The notes below the pieces were generated by a model, which was not told where the DNA came from, did not search any database, and worked only from the letters and a program-made list of their open reading frames with translations. Shown one piece after another: positions 1 through 13,149 of a DNA stretch of 64,000 bases. The stretch covers positions 2,418,001 to 2,482,000 of the forward strand of contig OX597842.1 of assembly GCA_951406725.2 (NCBI GenBank), given 5' to 3'. Made by a program: the position numbers and the translations under genes. This DNA comes from Octopus vulgaris. Lineage: Eukaryota. The number at the start of each line of letters is the position of its first letter. The stretch's first letter is position 1.

Positions 1-176
1 GACACACATATACACATATATATATTTTAAGTGTATATATATATTAGTCAAATTTTGTATGTGTATATGCTTCTATATGTATGGATGTATATACATATAT
101 ATGCATATATATGTATGTACGCTCTACCTATAATATTTACACGGAACAGTACATTTTATATACATGTGTATATGTA

Positions 177-210
<34 letters not shown>

Positions 211-454
211 CATACATGCATGCATACATACATACATACATACATACATACATACATCTCAAGAGATAGATACGTGTTAAAGGGCTGAGTGTGGAAGACT
301 TCAAAGAATTCGCACCTCCTTGCTGCCAAATCTTTCTAATTCTGTGAAGTTTATGTAAATTCAATTCTAACAACTGGTTATTGGTGCCATTCTGGCTAAG
401 TAGGATTATTATAAAACATACATGTGTAGTATAACTATAAATTTATCTCTCTCA

Positions 455-487
<33 letters not shown>

Positions 488-905
488 GGCGCAGGAGTGG
501 TTGTGTGGTAAGTAGCTTGCTTACCAACCACATGGCTCCGGGTTCAGTCCCACTGCGTGGCATCTTGGGCAAGTGTCTTCTACTATAACATTGGGCCGAC
601 CATAGCCTTGTGAGTGGATTTGGTAGATGGAAACTGAAAGAAGCCCATCGTATATATGTAGAATATATATACATATATATATATATGTATATATGTGTGT
701 CTGTCTTTGTTCCCCCAACACCCATCATCGCTTGACAACCGATGCTGGTGTGTTTATGTTCCCGTAACTTAGCAGTTCGGCAAAAGAGACCAATAGATTA
801 AGTACTAGGCTTACAAAGAATAAGTCCTGGGGGTTGATTTGCTCGACTAAAGACAGTGCTCCAGTATGGCCACAGCCAAATGACTGAAACAAGTAAAAGA
901 ATAAA
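488..905 (+). mobile_element. tRNA-derived SINE, family A (dominant family in window; internal TA/TG microsatellite)
   Basis: Head GGAGTGGTTGTGTGGTAAG with B-box-like GGTTCAGTCCC, conserved body, tail GACTGAAACAAGTAAAAGA; more than 20 related copies in the window. Confidence 0.85.
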
Positions 906-1140
906 AAACACTTGTGTATGTCTTTGTGACTGCATTTCTCCCCCACTTCCTTGATGTCCCTCTGACTTAGCGGTTTGGCAAAAGTGACTGATGGAATTAG
1001 TACCAAGCTTAAAAACAGAACATTAATAAATGCTGGAATCAGTTAGGTTAACTTAAAATTCTTCAAATGGTGCCCCAGCCTGGTCACAATCTAATGATTG
1101 AAACAAGTAAAAGTTAAACGTAAAAGGCAATATATAAACA

Positions 1141-1320
1141 TTATTTCATGCTGAGTGTTGCTGAAGCATGGAACAAACTGCCAGCATCAGTTGTTAGTTG
1201 TCGGAGCACTGCATCCTTCAAAACTTCCAATGCTTCCTGAGATTCGCCAACACTACACCTGATTTTCTCCCCTCCATACATATGCAAGAATGTATCTGAC
1301 TCATACACTGTTCACTTTCC
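1141..1320 (+). mobile_element. CR1/L2-clade LINE ORF2 3' end fragment
   Basis: Translates YFMLSVAEAWNKLPASVVSCRSTASFKT, matching the CR1 C-terminal pattern FFSxRVVxxWNxLPxxVVxAxSxxxFK. Confidence 0.7.
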
Positions 1321-1426
1321 AGAAGAATGCCGATGCATACATGCTGAGAGAGGAGGTAACTGCCCTTGCTCCAGCAAAAGTCAGTGCTCCAGCATGGCTG
1401 CAGTCAAATGACTGAAACAAGTAAAA

Positions 1427-1540
1427 CTGGATATAAGATGCCATGTACAAGACAGAAGCCTGCACTGGTTAGGTCATGTGATTCATATGTATGAGGACAG
1501 CTTTATAAAGAAGTGCCGAGGTCTATTTGTGGAGGGTTCC
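1427..1540 (+). mobile_element. RTE-clade LINE ORF2 fragment
   Basis: LDIRCHVQDRSLHWLGHVIHMYEDSFIKKCRGLFVEG resembles the RTE motif RRLRWxGHVxRM. Confidence 0.7.
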
Positions 1541-1637
1541 AGGTTTAGCCCCATTGCATGGCATCTGGGGAGTCTTCTGTTATAGCCTTGGGCAGATCAA
1601 GCCTTCTGAGTGGATTTGGTAAACAGAAACTGAAAAA

Positions 1638-1850
1638 AGGCAACGAGCTGGTAGAAACGTTAGCACGCTTAACAGTATTTCGTCTTGTCTTTACGTTCTG
1701 AGTTCAAATTCCACCGAAGTCAACTTTTCCTTTCATCCTTTCAAGGTCAATAAATTAAGTACCAGTTGTGCACTGGTAATTGACTTAATCCCTTTGTCTG
1801 TCCTTGTTTGTCCCCTCTGTGTTTAACCCCTTGTGGGCAATAAAGAAATA
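1638..1850 (+). mobile_element. tRNA-derived SINE family B (Meta-domain-like) nested in a family A copy
   Basis: GGCAACGAGCTGG head, CTTTCATCCTTTCAAGGTCAATAAATTAAGTACCAG core; AGAAACTGA repeated on both sides. Confidence 0.75.
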
Positions 1851-2452
1851 AGAAACTGACAGAAGCCCGTTGTGTGTGTGTGTCCCTAATGACTATTTGA
1901 CATCTTTATAACTTAGCAGTTCAGCAAAAGACACCAACAGAATAAGTACCAGGTGTAAGAAATAAAAATACCCGTGGTCAATTCAACTGAAATTCTTCAA
2001 GAATGCGCCCCAGCAACAATAACTGAACCAATAAAAATATAAAAGTTTTGAATAAAGTTTCATTCAGTGAGATTGAACCCAAGACCTTGACCTTACAGCA
2101 CGTACACAACATCGTATCATCAGTCATGTGCAATTTCAATGAGTTCTTCCATTTTGTAAATCACTTTCAAAACTTGTGTCTGTGTTGCTTTCAAAACTTG
2201 AAAAAATTTGTGTCAACCATTTTGTTTCTGAATGAGATTTTCTGCTACAAAAGCAGATGACATTTTTCTGCCATTATTTCTCCCAGAATTCCTTTTTTAA
2301 CAATGAAATATTTCATTAAGAAAGTTGGATAATTCTTTGAAGAATGTTTTAGCAGCGGTCTTTTGCTTGCAGTTATGTCTTGAACTGGAAATTAAAACAA
2401 AAGGCTTTTGTTAGTCTTGTAAGTATGTACAGATAGATAGATACATGTGCAC

Positions 2453-2551
<99 letters not shown>

Positions 2552-2989
2552 CAGAGAGAGAGAGAGAGATGGAGAGATAGATATATTTATAGATATACAT
2601 ACATATGTCCTCTCAAAGATGCACAGGTATATGTGTATCTGCAGGTGTATGTATATATATAATATCTGTGTGTATATGTGAATGTATATATATATATATA
2701 TATACATACTTGTGTGTGTAGAAATAACGTACTTGTTTACAACTATCATATCAAGTCATGGCATGGAGACTATAATGCTCACATGGTGACAAACACTCAT
2801 AAACAATTATATATATGTATATATATTTATAGGTGTAGGAGTGGCTGTGTGGTAAGTAGCTTGCTTACCAACCACATGGTTCTAGGTTCATTCCCACTGC
2901 ATAGCACCTTGGGCAAGTGTCTTCTACTATAGCCTCAGTCTGACCAAAGCCTAGTGAGTGGATTTGGTAGATGGAAACTGAAAGAAGCC

Positions 2990-3044
<55 letters not shown>

Positions 3045-3045
<1 letters not shown>

Positions 3046-3448
3046 TCTTTACTCTTACTTGTTTCCGTCATTTGACTGCTGCCATGCTGGAGCACCACCT
3101 TTAGTTGAGCAAATCGACCCCAGAACTTATCCTTTGGAATCCTAGTACTTATTCTATCGGCTCTTTTGCCGAACCACTAAGTTACAGGGACGTAAACACA
3201 CCAGCATCAGTCGTCAAGCAATGTTGGGGGGAGAAACACACATACATAAACATACACGCACATACATATATATATACATATATACGGTGAGCTTCCTGCA
3301 GTTTCCGTCTATCAAATCCACTCACAAGGCTTTGGTCAGCCCGAGATTATAACATAAGAAACTTGCCCAAGGTGCCACGTAGTGGGAATGAACCTAGAAC
3401 CATGTGGTTGGTAAGCAAGCTACTTACCACACAGCCACTCCTGTGCCT
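3045..3448 (-). mobile_element. SINE family A (a 5' half copy lies on + at 2831-2990)
   Basis: Reverse complement of the family A consensus. Confidence 0.85.
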
Positions 3449-4235
3449 ATCTATCTATCTATATATATATGTATGTATGTGTGTGTATGTGTTTGTGTGT
3501 GTGTCGAACGTCACTTGACAACTGATGCTGGTATGTTTATGTCCTCTTAGTGTTTCAACAAAAGAGATTGATAAGTACTGGGCTTGCAAAGAATAAGTCC
3601 TGCAGTTGAATTGCTTGACTAAAGGCGGTGCTCCAGCATGGCCGCAGTCAAAATGACTGAAACAAGTAAAAGAAATGAAAGAAGCATTAGCAATTCACCA
3701 AATCATCCATAGATTGTTATGGTGGAAACATACATACTGAGAGAAAATTTAGTCTGGAATCAGTCAAGGTCAAGTGGTCTTTGCTGATGAAGCAACGGAA
3801 ACTGCTGAAACTGATTAGGCAGTATAGTGGATTCTCAATCAGGGTTTTTGGGCGATTATAGTTCCTGTCAGTATATGTATATACAATCATGTCCTTTGAA
3901 TGCAGTATTAGAGTATTTTAGCTCTTATTCCTAGCAATGTAGGTGTTTCTAACACCCTAGTCATATTTTGTGACATTTATAGTTTTCCTTTTTGGTAACA
4001 CATTGTCCACTGTTGTCTACATCAATTATATTTATATATATATATGTGTGTGTGTGTGTGTACTCATCATCATCATCATGTCCTCTCTTCCACACGAGTA
4101 TAGAAAAGTAGAAGACATGCAGTGAGATTGAAACCAAAACTATGTGGTTGGGAAGCAAACTTCCTACCACACAACCACACCATGCCACATGTATTTGTAT
4201 ATATACATACGTGTGTGTATATACATGCTATTTAC

Positions 4236-4618
4236 TATTTTACTTGTTTCAGTCATTTGACTGAGGCCATGCTGGAGTACCGCCTTTAGTCAAGTAAATC
4301 GACCCCAGGACTTACTCTTTGTAAGCCTAGTACTTATTCTATCGGTCTCATTTGCCGAACCGCTAAGTTACGGGGACGTAAACACACCAACATTGGTTGT
4401 CAAGCGATGTTGGGGGACAAACACAGACACACACATATATATATATACATATATACAATGGGCTTCTTTCAGTTTCCGTCTACCAAATCCACTCACAAGG
4501 CTTTGGCCGGCCCGAGGCTATAGTAGGAGACACTTGCCCAAAGTGCCACGCAGTGGGACTGAACCCTGAACCATGTGGTTGGTAAGCAAGCTACTTACCA
4601 CACAGCCACTCCTGCACC
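4236..4618 (-). mobile_element. SINE family A
   Basis: Reverse complement of the family A consensus, full length. Confidence 0.85.
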
Positions 4619-5243
4619 TGTGTGTGTGTATATATATATGTATATATACATACACACACATACATGTATATGATTATTTTCATATGTCTTATTGTGTGGA
4701 TGAATATATATACATGTATATACACACATACTCAGACACACACACACATATATATATATATATACATATATGAGTGTGTGTATGTGTCCATGCATATAAT
4801 AATATTTCTGCATATCAAATTATATATATAAAATATATATGTATGTATACATATGTATGTATATATTCATACATATTATTATTATCATTATTATTATTAT
4901 CCTTATGCCCACACACACAGAGCTCTATATCCGCTGATATCCCTATCCCACGCTGTGTAATAATAAAACATATATTTTTGTCACCACAATAATTAAAAAC
5001 TACTTTCCCATAACTTCTAGCCACGGATAAACTGTTCCGAGCACTGATATGAATATTTAAACGTTTATTAAATCCTGTTTTTCATTATATTGTGATTTAC
5101 CGAGATAGTTGTGTACTTTGGTTTGATGGTTTGTCTCACACACAAACTTATACACATACACACACATACACTGACGCATATGTATATATATGCATGCATG
5201 TATTAATGTATAGAAAAACTAATGTACAAAGACGAAGCAATGA

Positions 5244-5278
<35 letters not shown>

Positions 5279-5894
5279 GATAGACAGATATAGATATAGA
5301 TATATGTATATATATATATAGAGAGAGAGCGAGAGAGAAATATGTATATATATATATATGTATGTATGTATGTAAGTATATATATGTATGTATACATATA
5401 TATGTATGTATGTATATTTATATGTATGTATGTATATATATATGTATGTATGTATATATATATATATGTATGTATGTATATATATATATAAATGTATGTA
5501 TATATATATATGTATGTATGTATATATGTATGTATGTATGTATATATATATATATATATGTATGTATATATATATATGTATGTATGTATATATATATAAA
5601 TGTATGTATATATATGTATATATATATATATAGATAGATAGATAGATAGATAGATAGATTTATACATAGATATATGTATATATACATATAGATAGATATA
5701 CATCATAATAATCATTATATTTTGTATCTTTTTATTTGTCTTACTTGCTTACGTTCTGGCGTTTTCTAAATTTTCTTGAGAACAATCTTTTCTTAGTGGT
5801 AAGACCATAGGTGGTCTACTTCTAGCATAATGGATGTCCACTTAGTGGTCATCCCTTTATATGTATGTAATATATACATAAATATATATTTAAA

Positions 5895-6285
5895 TACAAG
5901 TATGGCTGTGTGGTAAGAAGCTTGCTTTCCAACCACACGGTTCTGGGTTCAGTCCCACTGTGTGGTACCTTGGGCAAATGCCTTCTGATATAGCGTCACA
6001 CCAACAAAAGCCTTGCAAATGGATTTGGTAGATGGAAACTAAAAGAAGCCTGCTGCATATATGTATATGTTTGTGTGTTTGTATCTCAGTTTGCCCCGCA
6101 CCACTGCTTGACAACTGGTGTTGGTTTGTTGATATCCCCATAACTTAGTGGTTCAGCAGAAAGAGATTGGTGGAATAAATACCAGTGTTAGAAAAAAAGT
6201 ACTGGGATCGATTCATTTAACTAAATGCTCTTCAAAGCACTGCCCCAACATGGCCATGGTCTAATGACTGAAACAGATAAACGAC
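5895..6285 (+). mobile_element. SINE family A, diverged subfamily
   Basis: Head, body and tail recognisable. Confidence 0.75.
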
Positions 6286-6324
6286 ATATATACACCTACA
6301 AACATTTTATTTTCTTTCTGCATT

Positions 6325-6362
6325 CCTTTCTGCTGAAGAGCATAGGCTTGAAGCGTAAAAGA
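6325..6362 (+). ncRNA. Degenerate minimal hammerhead-like motif (same family as 16676)
   Basis: CTTT-CTGCTGAA-GAGC ATAG GCTT-GAAG-CG-TA-AAAG. Confidence 0.45.
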
Positions 6363-6862
6363 CTTTCTCACTTCTCAAGCGTTAAACTAATACATCTGTT
6401 TGTTGTTTATACACCCATCTTCGTCTTTTGTTTGTTTGTAAATCCCACTATTTACACTCATACATACACAGACATGTACATACACATATATATGTAAATG
6501 TAAACTTCAAGGATGAAAGTATAGGAAGTAAGTAAGCTTTGAGCTGTCCATAGAAGGTAAAAGAACAACATACAGCAAAACCAGTAGTGGTTTATAGACA
6601 GAACCTTGTAAATTTTTCCCATATTGAAGTCCGATAAGCTGAAAATAGTTACTTTATAGTTCTCAATTAGCATCTGGGGTTGGTGTGTGTGTGTGTGTGT
6701 GTGAATAAAAATCTAATATTAGGGAATGGAACAGAAAAAAATCCAAGCTGCATATGTTTCATAGTTATCAAAACCTCAGAAGTAATAATTATCCAAACAA
6801 GGGGTAATCCACTAGCCACTACTCACCTGTATAGAATTTTGGATATAAATACATACATATAA

Positions 6863-6900
<38 letters not shown>

Positions 6901-7094
6901 GTCATCATCATCATCATCATCGTTTAGTGTCCACTTTCCATGCTAGCATGGGTTGGACGGTTCAACTGGGGTCTGGGAAGCCAGAAGGCTGCACCAGGCC
7001 CCAGTCTAATCTGGCAATGTTTCTACGGCTGTAAACATTGCCAGATCATACATATATATATATATCTATATATGTATATATAAGTAATTATTAG

Positions 7095-7378
7095 GAGACT
7101 CATGGTTGAGGGATCACGGGTTCGAATCTCAGACCGGACGATGTGTGTGTTTATGAGTGAAACACCTAAGCTCCACGCGACTCCAGTAGAAGGTAATGGC
7201 AAACTTCTGCTGACTCTTTCGCCACAACTTTCTCTCACTCTTTCCTCCTGCATCTTGCAGCTCACCTGCGACGGACCAGCGTCCCGTCCAGGTGGGGAAC
7301 ATATACGCCAAGGAAACCAGGAAACCAGCCCTATGAGCCAGGCGTGGCTGGAGAAGGAACAGACAACAACAACAACAA
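7095..7378 (+). mobile_element. tRNA-derived SINE (family E) with (CAA)n tail
   Basis: B-box GGGTTCGAATCTC; ends in ACAACAACAAC. Confidence 0.65.
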
Positions 7379-7549
7379 ATTATTTGGACCTTGGGTATAT
7401 GCTTAGTAGTATGCTGATTAAAGCACTTTCACCGTTTAGGCTACCTGATGTCATCCACAGTAATGATATAATTGTCACTAGATCTACATGAGGAATTTCA
7501 CAGTTTTTGAGATTTGTAATGATTGAGGGGAAATGGAAAATGGATTTAG

Positions 7550-8023
7550 CAAGTGGCACCAGTATGCTGGAAATAGCTGCCAGAAGATGTCTACAACATA
7601 AATTTTCATTGATGCACATTCATTGAAATCGGGAATGTGCAGAAATTCTAAGCCCTCATACAGATAATGAAAAGAATAACAAATTGAAAAACCAGACATA
7701 CCCGTATTGTCACAAATTCAAACTTTGTGAAAATGTCACTTAGTTCTCATCAGTGAGTTTTACTGACCCAAAGGTTGGCATTAAAAATGGTCATTGCACA
7801 CTTTGTTGAGATGGGCAGTTTCTATGACCCATGGATCAGTAAGAATCGCTGAGGATAACTAAGTGGAATTTTCACAAAGTTTGAAATCGTGACAATACAA
7901 GTACGTCTGGCTTTTCAATTCACGATTCTTTTCATTATTGGTATTTCAATTAATTTGTATCAGTGGAAATTTGTGGTTGTAGTCATCTTCTGGCTGCTAT
8001 TTTCAGCATGCTGATGCCACTTG
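7550..8023. repeat. Diverged foldback inverted repeat (about 200-bp arms)
   Basis: CAAGTGGCACCAGTATGCTGGAAATAGC versus GCTATTTTCAGCATGCTGATGCCACTTG; inner arms also align. Confidence 0.8.
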
Positions 8024-8355
8024 TAGTACCCTTCATTATTAATTAATAATTTTTTATCTTATGGTATTACCTTGATCATCATTTGTACATGCTATACCAC
8101 TTGATATTATTGTAGACAATATATCCTCAAGTCAACTTTCATCAATACATATCTTCTACAACTTAATAACATAATACAGAACACTACTAACCTTTCAATT
8201 AATACCACTAACTCCCATACATCCCTTACACCATTTCACATTACAATTCTATATCTACCCTAATTGCACCAAATTCAGAACTACTTACCTCCCTTACACA
8301 TAATCGTTTTACTCAGGGACTAGTAGACCTGACACTGTTCATTAATCAGTGTGCA

Positions 8356-8401
8356 TTCAAAGCAATGATTAGTAAATTTATGAAACCAGTATGCTTTTGA
8401 A
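8356..8401 (+). ncRNA. Degenerate type-I hammerhead motif in a Penelope-like remnant
   Basis: Stem I AAAGCA/TGCTTT, eroded core ATGATTA, stem II GTAAATTTAT, GAAA-CCAG-TA. Confidence 0.45.
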
Positions 8402-8609
8402 TCTCTTTAACAATTCACAATAAGGACTTTTATTACTTTTATTCCTACCTCAGTTCATCTAATTGTATATATATCTATCGTTACTTTTCATAAAAAGCCT
8501 TTACTTGTTTTGATTTCTAATGTGCAGTTTCGCTTATTTTTCTTCTTACTTTCCTCTTACATTTCCATATGTACTTTCTATTTTCTTTTTGTAACATATT
8601 TCTATTATA

Positions 8610-8890
8610 TGCCCAGTGGTTAGGGCAGCAGACTCGCAGTTGTAGGATCGCGGTTTCAATTCCCAGACCGGACATTGTGAGTGTTTCTTGAGCGAAAACA
8701 CCTAAAGCTCCATGAGGCTCTGGCAGGGGGTGGTGGCAATCCCTGCTATACTCATTCGCCACAACTTTCTCTCACTCTTTCTTCTGTTGGCCTGCTTGCT
8801 TAGCCAGTGGGTGGCGTCATTTGAAGGTTAAAACAATGCGAAGCACATTGTGACCAGTGATGTGTAACAACATCTGCTAGCCTGGTCCGT
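8610..8890 (+). mobile_element. tRNA-derived SINE (family D)
   Basis: GCCCAGTGGTTAG A-box and GGTTTCAATTCCC B-box. Confidence 0.65.
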
Positions 8891-9067
8891 CATATATATA
8901 TATATATATATATAAGAGATAATGGTGTCATTGAGACCCAAAGGTGTCAGGTAATGCTGAATAAGTGCTATAGATAGACCATAGTTAAGTTCCAGATTCT
9001 GTGATTATGCGAATAAAGGATTTAACATTGGTTCTATATCAGCGTGTGTATATAAGAATTTTTTGCT

Positions 9068-9186
9068 TAATAAGATAAAAAACCAAGGCTGTAAAGATAT
9101 TAGAGCATTTATAGATAGGAGGTCTATCAGACCTTCTATCTATAAATGCTCTAATATCTATACAGCCTTGGTTTTTTATCTTATTA
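9068..9186. repeat. Near-perfect palindrome (about 118 bp) next to (TA)n
   Basis: TAATAAGATAAAAAACCAAGGCTG ... CAGCCTTGGTTTTTTATCTTATTA with a loop of about 3 nt. Confidence 0.9.
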
Positions 9187-9194
9187 CACAAAAC

Positions 9195-9260
<66 letters not shown>

Positions 9261-9264
<4 letters not shown>

Positions 9265-9423
9265 TTAAAAGCAGCAGAAAATTCAACAAAACCTGTTACT
9301 GAGTTTCACGTTCCTGTTCGCCGGACAGTTTTGTTAAAAAATTTTTTAACAAAACTGTCCGACGAACGGGAACGTGAAACTCCGAGTAACAGGTTTTGTT
9401 GAATTTCTGCTGCTTTTAAATAA
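9261..9423. mobile_element. Palindromic Penelope-like remnant with a hammerhead in each arm
   Basis: About 80-bp arms centred near 9341; HHR on + at 9348-9400 and a degraded mirror copy on -. Confidence 0.7.
9348..9400 (+). ncRNA. Type-I hammerhead ribozyme (CCGACGA core variant)
   Basis: AAAACTGT-CCGACGA-ACG GGAA CGT-GAAA-CTC C GAG-TA-ACAGGTTTT; predicted cut after A9388. Confidence 0.7.
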
Positions 9424-10145
9424 AGCATATTACTCTACCCCTGGTATTTGAGTACTCTTTTTTTTCCACCTTGTTTCACATTTATGTGTTTACTCCAGTA
9501 TATATATATACACATATACATGTACACATATATATAACTTTTGAATTGATTTTACAAGATTCATTATGTGAAATTGTATGTTAAATTGTTGAAACAGATG
9601 TTTTATATTGACATGGCTGCTTTGCCAAAGAGAAACACAAGCACAGATTCTGTTTCAATTGTTTTTATTATTAGTCAGCTATTTTACTAATTAACCAATT
9701 AACTAATTGATTAGCTGATTAATCAATCAATCAGTCTCCCATCTGGTTCATCATATTCCTTTCACTGTTATTGATGACCTCGTCAATGTAATGCTCTCAT
9801 TAATCCAGATTTGTTATGCTGTGACCAGTTTTGGATACATATGAGTTTATATGTATTATACAGGTTTATCCGCGTATGTGTGTGCATATATGTATGCACC
9901 TCGCACAGTTTTGGTCAGCCCGAGGCTATAATAGAAGACATTTGCCCAAGATGCCACAGATTGGAACTGAACCCAGAACCATGCGGTTGGAAAGCAACCT
10001 TCTTACCCACAACCACTCTTATGCTTATGCTCTCTCTCTCTCTCTCTCTCTCTGATACACACACACACACGTATGTTTGTATGTATGGATCGATGCAACT
10101 GAATTAGAATGTGTATAGTTTATCACTAGTGTGTGTGTGAAAATA

Positions 10146-10178
<33 letters not shown>

Positions 10179-10179
<1 letters not shown>

Positions 10180-10575
10180 GGTGCAGGAGTGGCTGTGTGG
10201 TAAGTAGCTTCTTTACCAACCACATGGTTCCGGGTTCAGTCCCACTGCATGGCACCTTGGGCAAGTGTCTTCTACTATAGCCTCAGGCCGACCAAAGCCA
10301 TGTGAGTGGATTTGGTAGATTGAAACTGAAAGAAGCCCGTCGTATATATGTATATATATGCGTGTGTGTGTTTGTGTGTCTGTGTTTGTTCCCCTAGCAT
10401 TGCTTGACAACCGATGCTGGTGTGTTTATGTCCCCGTTACTTAGCGGTTCGGCAAAAGAGACCGATAGAATAAGTACTGGGCTTACAAAAGAATAAGTCC
10501 CAGGGTCAGGTTGCTTGATTAAAGGCGGTGCTCCAGCACGGCCGCAGTCAAATGACTGAAACAAGTAAAAGAGTA
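10179..10575 (+). mobile_element. SINE family A
   Basis: Full-length match to the other copies. Confidence 0.85.
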
Positions 10576-11087
10576 AAAAATATATATATACAAACACACA
10601 CTTATATATATCTATTATTCTTTTATATGTTTCAGCCTTGAGGCTGTGGCCATGCTGGGGCACTGCCATATACATTAATTCATATATTTGTTTTCTTGTG
10701 ATTTGCCTTGCATTTACTTTGCATTGTCTGGCTTTACCACAATCCTTTATACAATTTATATACACACACACACATGCATATACATACATATATATATATA
10801 TATATGTGTTGTATGTCTGGTGTATTTGTGTACATACATGCCCTAACAGCACTAGTTTGACCCTAATTGTCTTTGATAAGCCAATTAATAAACTATTTGT
10901 TATCCGATCCTTTCTCTTTTATTCTTCCTTTCATTCCAGCTAAACTACCATATTTGGTGAATAGCACTGACCTCTGACCTTTCGGTTGTGAATTTTCTTT
11001 TGCGTCCTCACAACTAAATCTTTTACTTATGTTTTGGGGTTAGTTTCTTGTCTGTGTGGGTGTGTGTTTGCATGAGGGTCTGGAATT

Positions 11088-11130
<43 letters not shown>

Positions 11131-11277
11131 TACATATATACACGTGCATATATATATATGTGTGTGTGTATGTGTGTATATATGTATGTATGTATATTCT
11201 TACACATATGAATATATGTATATATATGTGTGTATACATGAGCATATATGTGTATGTGTGTATATATATATAGTCAT

Positions 11278-12005
11278 AGGAGTGGCTGTGTGGTAAGTAG
11301 CTTGCTTACGAACCACATGGTTCTGGGTTCAGTCCCACTGCGTGGGACCTTGGGCAAGTATCTTCTACTATAGCCTCGGGCTGACCAAAGCCTTGTGAGT
11401 GGATTTTGTATATATATATATGTATGTGTATATGTTTGTGTGTCTGTGTTTGTCCCCCAACATCGCTTGACAACCGATGCTGGTATGTTTACGTCCCAGT
11501 AACTTAGCGGTTTGCCAAAAGAGGCCGATAGAATAAGTACTAGGCTTACAAAGAATAAGTCCTAGGGCCGATTTGCTTGACTAAAGGCGGTGCTCCAACG
11601 TGGCCACAGTCAAATTACTGAAACAAGTAAAAGAGTATATATATATATATATATATGCCTGTGTGGTAAGAATCTTGCTTCCTAACCACATGATTCGGGG
11701 TTCAGTCCCACTGCATGGCATCATAGGCAAATGTCTATTATAGCCTCAGGTTGACCAAAGCCATGTGAGTGGATTTAGTAGACAGAAACTGAAAGTAGCC
11801 CATCGTATATATGTATGTGTATGTCTTTGTGTCTGTGTTTATTCCTTCATCAGTGCTTCACAACCGGTGTTGGCATGTTTACATCCCTGTAACTTAGTAG
11901 TTCAGCAAAAGACACTGATAGAATAAGTACTAGGCTTACAAAGAATAAGTCCAAAAACCGAGCATGGCCACAGTCAAATGACTAAAATGAGTAAAAGAAT
12001 GAAAG
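11278..12005 (+). mobile_element. Two consecutive SINE family A copies (11278-11635, 11657-12005)
   Basis: Each has head, body and tail. Confidence 0.8.
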
Positions 12006-12161
12006 AATAAAAAGAATTGATTCATTCAACTAAAATGCTTCGTGGCATTGCCCCAGCATGGCCGCAGTCTAATGATTAAAACAAGTAAAAGATGAAAGAC
12101 ATCTACATACATTTATCTATCTATCTATGATGATATGTTTCTACTTTGCTTATTTTCTTAG

Positions 12162-12280
12162 GCCCTGGAAGCTATGACATCAAGTCAAATATAACTCTAT
12201 CCCAGAAGCAATCTTTGGGAAAATCTGAACGTTTCCAGCCTGAAATCTTTAATGATGTACCTGGCCCAGGTGCATATGAG
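12162..12280 (+). CDS. Internal coding exon of a sperm-tail PG-rich repeat (SHIPPO-repeat; STPG/ODF3/CIMAP-type) protein
   Basis: Polypyrimidine tract with TAG acceptor (12159-12161) and GAG|GTAAGT donor; encodes GPGSYDIKSNITLSQKQSLGKSERFQPEIFNDVPGPGAYE (two PGPGxY motifs with the intervening RF); phase 1 in, phase 0 out. Confidence 0.8.
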
Positions 12281-12577
12281 GTAAGTGTTTTATCTATGTT
12301 ATTAAACTGTGTATCATGCTTTTTGTTCTTGGGTAGCAAATGTTATTTCCTACTTGCTTACTCCAAGAAAGTATGGAAATTGGTTAATATTTCCTTCTGA
12401 CTTTGCTTTCCTCGAATTTGTCCCCACTTGGGTTGCTTAGAAGTGAACTGAGCTGTTGAGCTTACAATCCCTGTATTTATACTGCCATCTATGTTGCTAG
12501 AATGCTCTAGAAATTCTTGAAACTTTGAAAAACTTTGAAAAACTTCTTTAACAACTCATTGCTGAATTTGTCTGAAA

Positions 12578-12965
12578 TCATCATCATCATCATCATTTAA
12601 TGTCCACTTTCCATGCTAGCATGGGTTGGACGGTTCAACTGGGGTCTGTGAAGCCAGAAGGCTGCACCAGGCCCAGTCTGATCTGGCAGAGTTTCTACAG
12701 CTGGTTGCCCTTCCTAACGCCAACCACTCTGAGTGTGTAGTGGGTGCTTTTACACGAGGGCCAGTCTGGCGGTACTGGCAACAGCCACGCTTGAAATGGT
12801 GTTTTTTAGGTGCCACCTGCACAGGAGTCAGTCCAGCAGCACTGGTAACGACCTCGCTCGAATGTTTTGTTCATGTGCCAGTAAGGTGACGCAGGTAACG
12901 ATCATGCTCAAATGGTGCTTTTTACATGCCACCGGCACGGAAGGCAGACAGCTGCTCTGGCAGTG
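12578..12965 (-). mobile_element. Retroposon family C ((GAT)n-tailed) with internal approx. 55-bp tandem units
   Basis: CATCATCAT..TTTAATGTCC..CCATGCTAGCATGGGTTGGACGG; related copies at about 6902, 23151, 24972, 26583, 27300, 41955, 45600 and 50181. Confidence 0.7.
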
Positions 12966-13149
12966 ATCCCGTAATGGAAAATAGGTCAGTTTCAAACCAT
13001 TTTGTCCAGGTGACAAAAGCAAAGTTTGAAGGGGATAGTAGTCACTTCCTTTGATTTCTAGATATGAGAAGCCAAGAGGAAATAACATTTACTGACCAAA
13101 GACGTAATTAAAATTCTGCTGCGCATTGTTATCATACATTTCCCGTAAT

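Noticed and set aside
435-1006. Recurrent ORFs ending GLNPEPCGW or LLTTQPLL
   Set aside because: Frames through SINE family A copies
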